This document shows positions 61,609 through 64,000 of a DNA stretch of 64,000 nt, in pieces. Position 1 is the stretch's first letter, and each line of letters starts with the position of its first letter. This DNA is from an uncultured Candidatus Rokubacteria bacterium. Lineage in GTDB: Bacteria > Methylomirabilota > Methylomirabilia > Rokubacteriales > CSP1-6. The stretch lies in assembly GCA_963762145.1 (NCBI GenBank), contig CAVXJS010000010.1:64001-128000 (forward strand), in the 5' to 3' direction. The notes below the pieces were generated by a model that saw only the letters and a program-made list of their open reading frames with translations, was not told the DNA's origin and searched no databases. Position numbers and translations under genes: made by a program.

Positions 61609-62223
61609 CTAGCCCGCGGGATTGGTGATGACCACGCGGATCGGCGTGGGATTGAATCCGTTGCATGGGTTGTGCAGCTGCGGGCAATTCGAGACCACCG
61701 CGAGGACGCGCGTCTCGGCGCGGAGCTCCACGGAATCGCCCGGCTTCGACTTGCCGTCCACGATGCCCATGGTGCCGTCGGCCAGTACGGGGACGTTCAT
61801 GAAAAAATTGATGTTGGCTACGATGTCCTTCTCGCCCATGCCGTGTCGGGCAAGCGCCCGCAGGAAGTTGGCGTAGCAGCTCGGGGTGTCCGGCACCTTG
61901 TAGCGGAACATGTTGCTGGCGGCGCTGCAGCACCCACCGATGGTGTCGTGCCCGCCCCCCATCGTGTCCGCCACGATCGTGAAGAGCTTGGTCGCGCGTA
62001 CCGTATAGATGCCGTGGCCCGCGCCCAGGTACGCATTCTTGTTGTACTTCATCGTGTCCGCCGCGTTGTAGCGATCGGCGAGATCGTCGGCGTTGTAGCA
62101 GAGGAAGTCGACCGCCTGCTTCCCCTCGAGGTCCACGATGCGCAACAGCTGTCCCGGCGTCAGGACCGCTGACCAGTTCTCGTCGGGCGCCACCACCACG
62201 TCCTGCATGACCTTGTTCTCCAC
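61609..62223 (-). CDS. DUF1989 urea carboxylase-associated family protein
   Basis: LRIVDLEGKQAVD, HDTIGGCC, NINFFMNVPV, SNCPQLHNPCNGFNPTP; AAGGAGG RBS. Confidence 0.9.
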   Translation of the reverse strand: MENKVMQDVVVAPDENWSAVLTPGQLLRIVDLEGKQAVDFLCYNADDLADRYNAADTMKYNKNAYLGAGHGIYTVRATKLFTIVADTMGGGHDTIGGCCSAASNMFRYKVPDTPSCYANFLRALARHGMGEKDIVANINFFMNVPVLADGTMGIVDGKSKPGDSVELRAETRVLAVVSNCPQLHNPCNGFNPTPIRVVITNPAG

Positions 62224-62407
62224 GATGGCCTCCTTGCAAGCCGGCGCGGCCGACGCATCAAACAACAGACGACCCTGCGACCTGGAAGTGCGCCTCCAGA
62301 CTCTATGCCGAGAATGCCCCTCGCCGCAACGATCCTTGACTACGTACGCCCGATGGTGTTGACTCGCGGCCTCACTCGTCCCATCGCACCGCCAGGAGGA
62401 GACACTC

Positions 62408-62773
62408 ATGAGTCAATCTGAGATCGCGGCCGTGAATCGGATGTTCGAGGAAGCAGCGGGTAAGGGGGACCTCGAGACCCTCGCCTCTCTGTACACGAAG
62501 GATGCCGTATGCCTTCCCCCGGACGGCCCGTTCGTGAGGGGCCGGGACAACATCAAGCAGATGTGGGCATCCATTGCCCAGCAAATCGGGTTGAAGAGCG
62601 TGAAGCTCGAGACGGTCGATCTCGAGGTGGCCGGCGAGACGGCCCATGAGGTCGGTGAGGCACAGCTGACTCTCGGATCCGGCACTGCCGTTGCGAAGTA
62701 TGTCGTGGTGTGGAAGAAGGCAGACGGGCAGTGGCGTTTGCATCGGGACATCTGGAACACGAAGGGGACATAG
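62408..62773 (+). CDS. SnoaL-like/DUF4440 NTF2-fold protein
   Basis: LASLYTKDA, KYVVVWKK.DGQWRLHRDIWN. Confidence 0.88.
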   Translation: MSQSEIAAVNRMFEEAAGKGDLETLASLYTKDAVCLPPDGPFVRGRDNIKQMWASIAQQIGLKSVKLETVDLEVAGETAHEVGEAQLTLGSGTAVAKYVVVWKKADGQWRLHRDIWNTKGT

Positions 62774-62791
62774 CGACGGAGGAGGGCAGAG

Positions 62792-63390
62792 GTGCTTTCG
62801 TGGCTCGCACACTTCATCGAAAGACACCCCTCTCTTCACCGGACCTCGCTGGCGGTGTGGAAACATTTTCCACCCCGGCTGGCTGGCTTTCTGCGCAAGC
62901 TCCTCACCACGCCTGGGCCGTCGGGGCCGTCGCGGTGATCATCGACGAGGCGGTCAACCCTCCGGAAGTGTTGCTGGTTGAGCACAGTTATCGAACGAAG
63001 GGTGCGTGGGGGCTTCCCGGCGGTTCGCTCGAATCGGGTCTCCGAAACCCGTTGGAGCCCTCAAAGGAGGAGTCCCGCGATGACATCATCGAGGCCAGCC
63101 TCCGGCGGGAGATTTTCGAGGAGCTCGGGATCGAGATCGAGATCATCCGACTGACCAAGATCGATGCAGTCCCTTACGTGCCGGAGGAGCCGGGGCCCTA
63201 TCGTCTCGACTTCTACTACCGGTGCCTTCCCAAGCAGGGCTTCACCTCGTTGCGCGAGGGGCTCCGTACTGGGATCATCAAGCCGCGTTCTCCGGAGCTT
63301 AGCCAGATCTTGCTGGTCCCCGTCAGCCGATTGAAGGAATACGACCTGTACTCTTCCGACGCCCGGATTCTGTTCCCGCTGCTCACGTAA
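62792..63390 (+). CDS. Nudix hydrolase, indel near 62905
   Basis: GTG 62792 with RBS (MLSWLAHF...), then LLVEHSYR, WGLPGG, REIFEELG. Confidence 0.75.
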
Positions 63391-63437
63391 AGATACCGAT
63401 GGCCCGGTAGCAACTTCGGCCAGGATGGCATACGCGA

Positions 63438-64000
63438 TCACGGCTTCGCCGGCGGGATTGGCGGCGAGGTCAGCGTCGCGCCTCGGAGTGTGTGGACCTG
63501 GAAGTGCAGTGGCTCGGTTGCCATCGGGGCGCCGAGCCACATCGTGCACCATCTGGAGTGAGGCTCGGCGGTGCTGTTCGACGAGGGCGCCAGACCCGCC
63601 ACCGTCACGAAGTTCACGCCGCCGTCGTCTTCCGCGATGCCTTCGAGGAACAGCGGCGCGAATGTCTCGGGAGCGGAGGCCTTGACGATCGTCACCCGCG
63701 GCGTCACCCGGGCCTCGGCCGCCATCGCGGGCACCACGTCGTCCCAGCAGAAGGCCGGAGGGTCGGCCAGCCCTCTGCCGTGCGCGGCATCCCGCAGCAG
63801 CGATTCGAGTCCGGCAGGGGGCGTGTCCGCCAGCGAACCGGCGGCGGCGAGCGTGAAGACTCGGGCCAGGCCGGGCCGGTGACGGAAGTCGGTCGACGCT
63901 CTCGATCGTGGGACCGTAGACAGCGTGGCCGCGAGCTGGGCCAGCCGGCGACCGAGAAGGGGGCCGGCCTGAGGGCCCCACAGCGTGGACGCGCCTTCGT
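63438..64000 (-). CDS. C-terminal part of a neutral/alkaline ceramidase-family protein (start lies outside the window)
   Basis: Frame open to the window edge, reading EGASTLWGP (family motif YEGASTLYGP). Confidence 0.6.
   Translation of the reverse strand, partial: EGASTLWGPQAGPLLGRRLAQLAATLSTVPRSRASTDFRHRPGLARVFTLAAAGSLADTPPAGLESLLRDAAHGRGLADPPAFCWDDVVPAMAAEARVTPRVTIVKASAPETFAPLFLEGIAEDDGGVNFVTVAGLAPSSNSTAEPHSRWCTMWLGAPMATEPLHFQVHTLRGATLTSPPIPPAKP

Overview
High-GC (about 70%) bacterial DNA. The gene repertoire (two double-zinc-ribbon/class III cyclase/AAA/TPR proteins, several LLM oxidoreductases, DUF748 pairs) suggests Candidatus Rokubacteria; this assignment is inference. Roughly 15-20 single-base indels break otherwise intact genes (extradiol dioxygenase, pqqB/C/D/E, groEL, CocE, cyclases, LLM, Nudix), most consistent with long-read consensus errors. 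Recognisable content: an extradiol plus Rieske oxygenase operon ending in a HicB-like gene; a complete pqqABCDE operon whose 32-aa pqqA is absent from the ORF track; a sigma54-type DUF748/AarF operon; a NERD-UvrD helicase; groES-groEL; many redox enzymes. The most unusual items: (1) one operon combining a Liv-type ABC importer, a pair of ferritin-like diiron paralogues (one with intact ligands, one without) and a CoxMSL-like Mo-hydroxylase; (2) integrase-free direct-repeat scars made of gene ends flanking accessory modules (131-bp TPR promoter/5' end twice, hydantoinase-B 3' end three times, 34-bp CocE fragment); (3) an ATP-grasp gene followed by a very basic 63-aa peptide; (4) a recurring DosR/NarL-like palindrome; (5) several leaderless promoters; (6) a small CxxC...HxxC protein family. 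No tRNA, rRNA, CRISPR array or transposase was seen.
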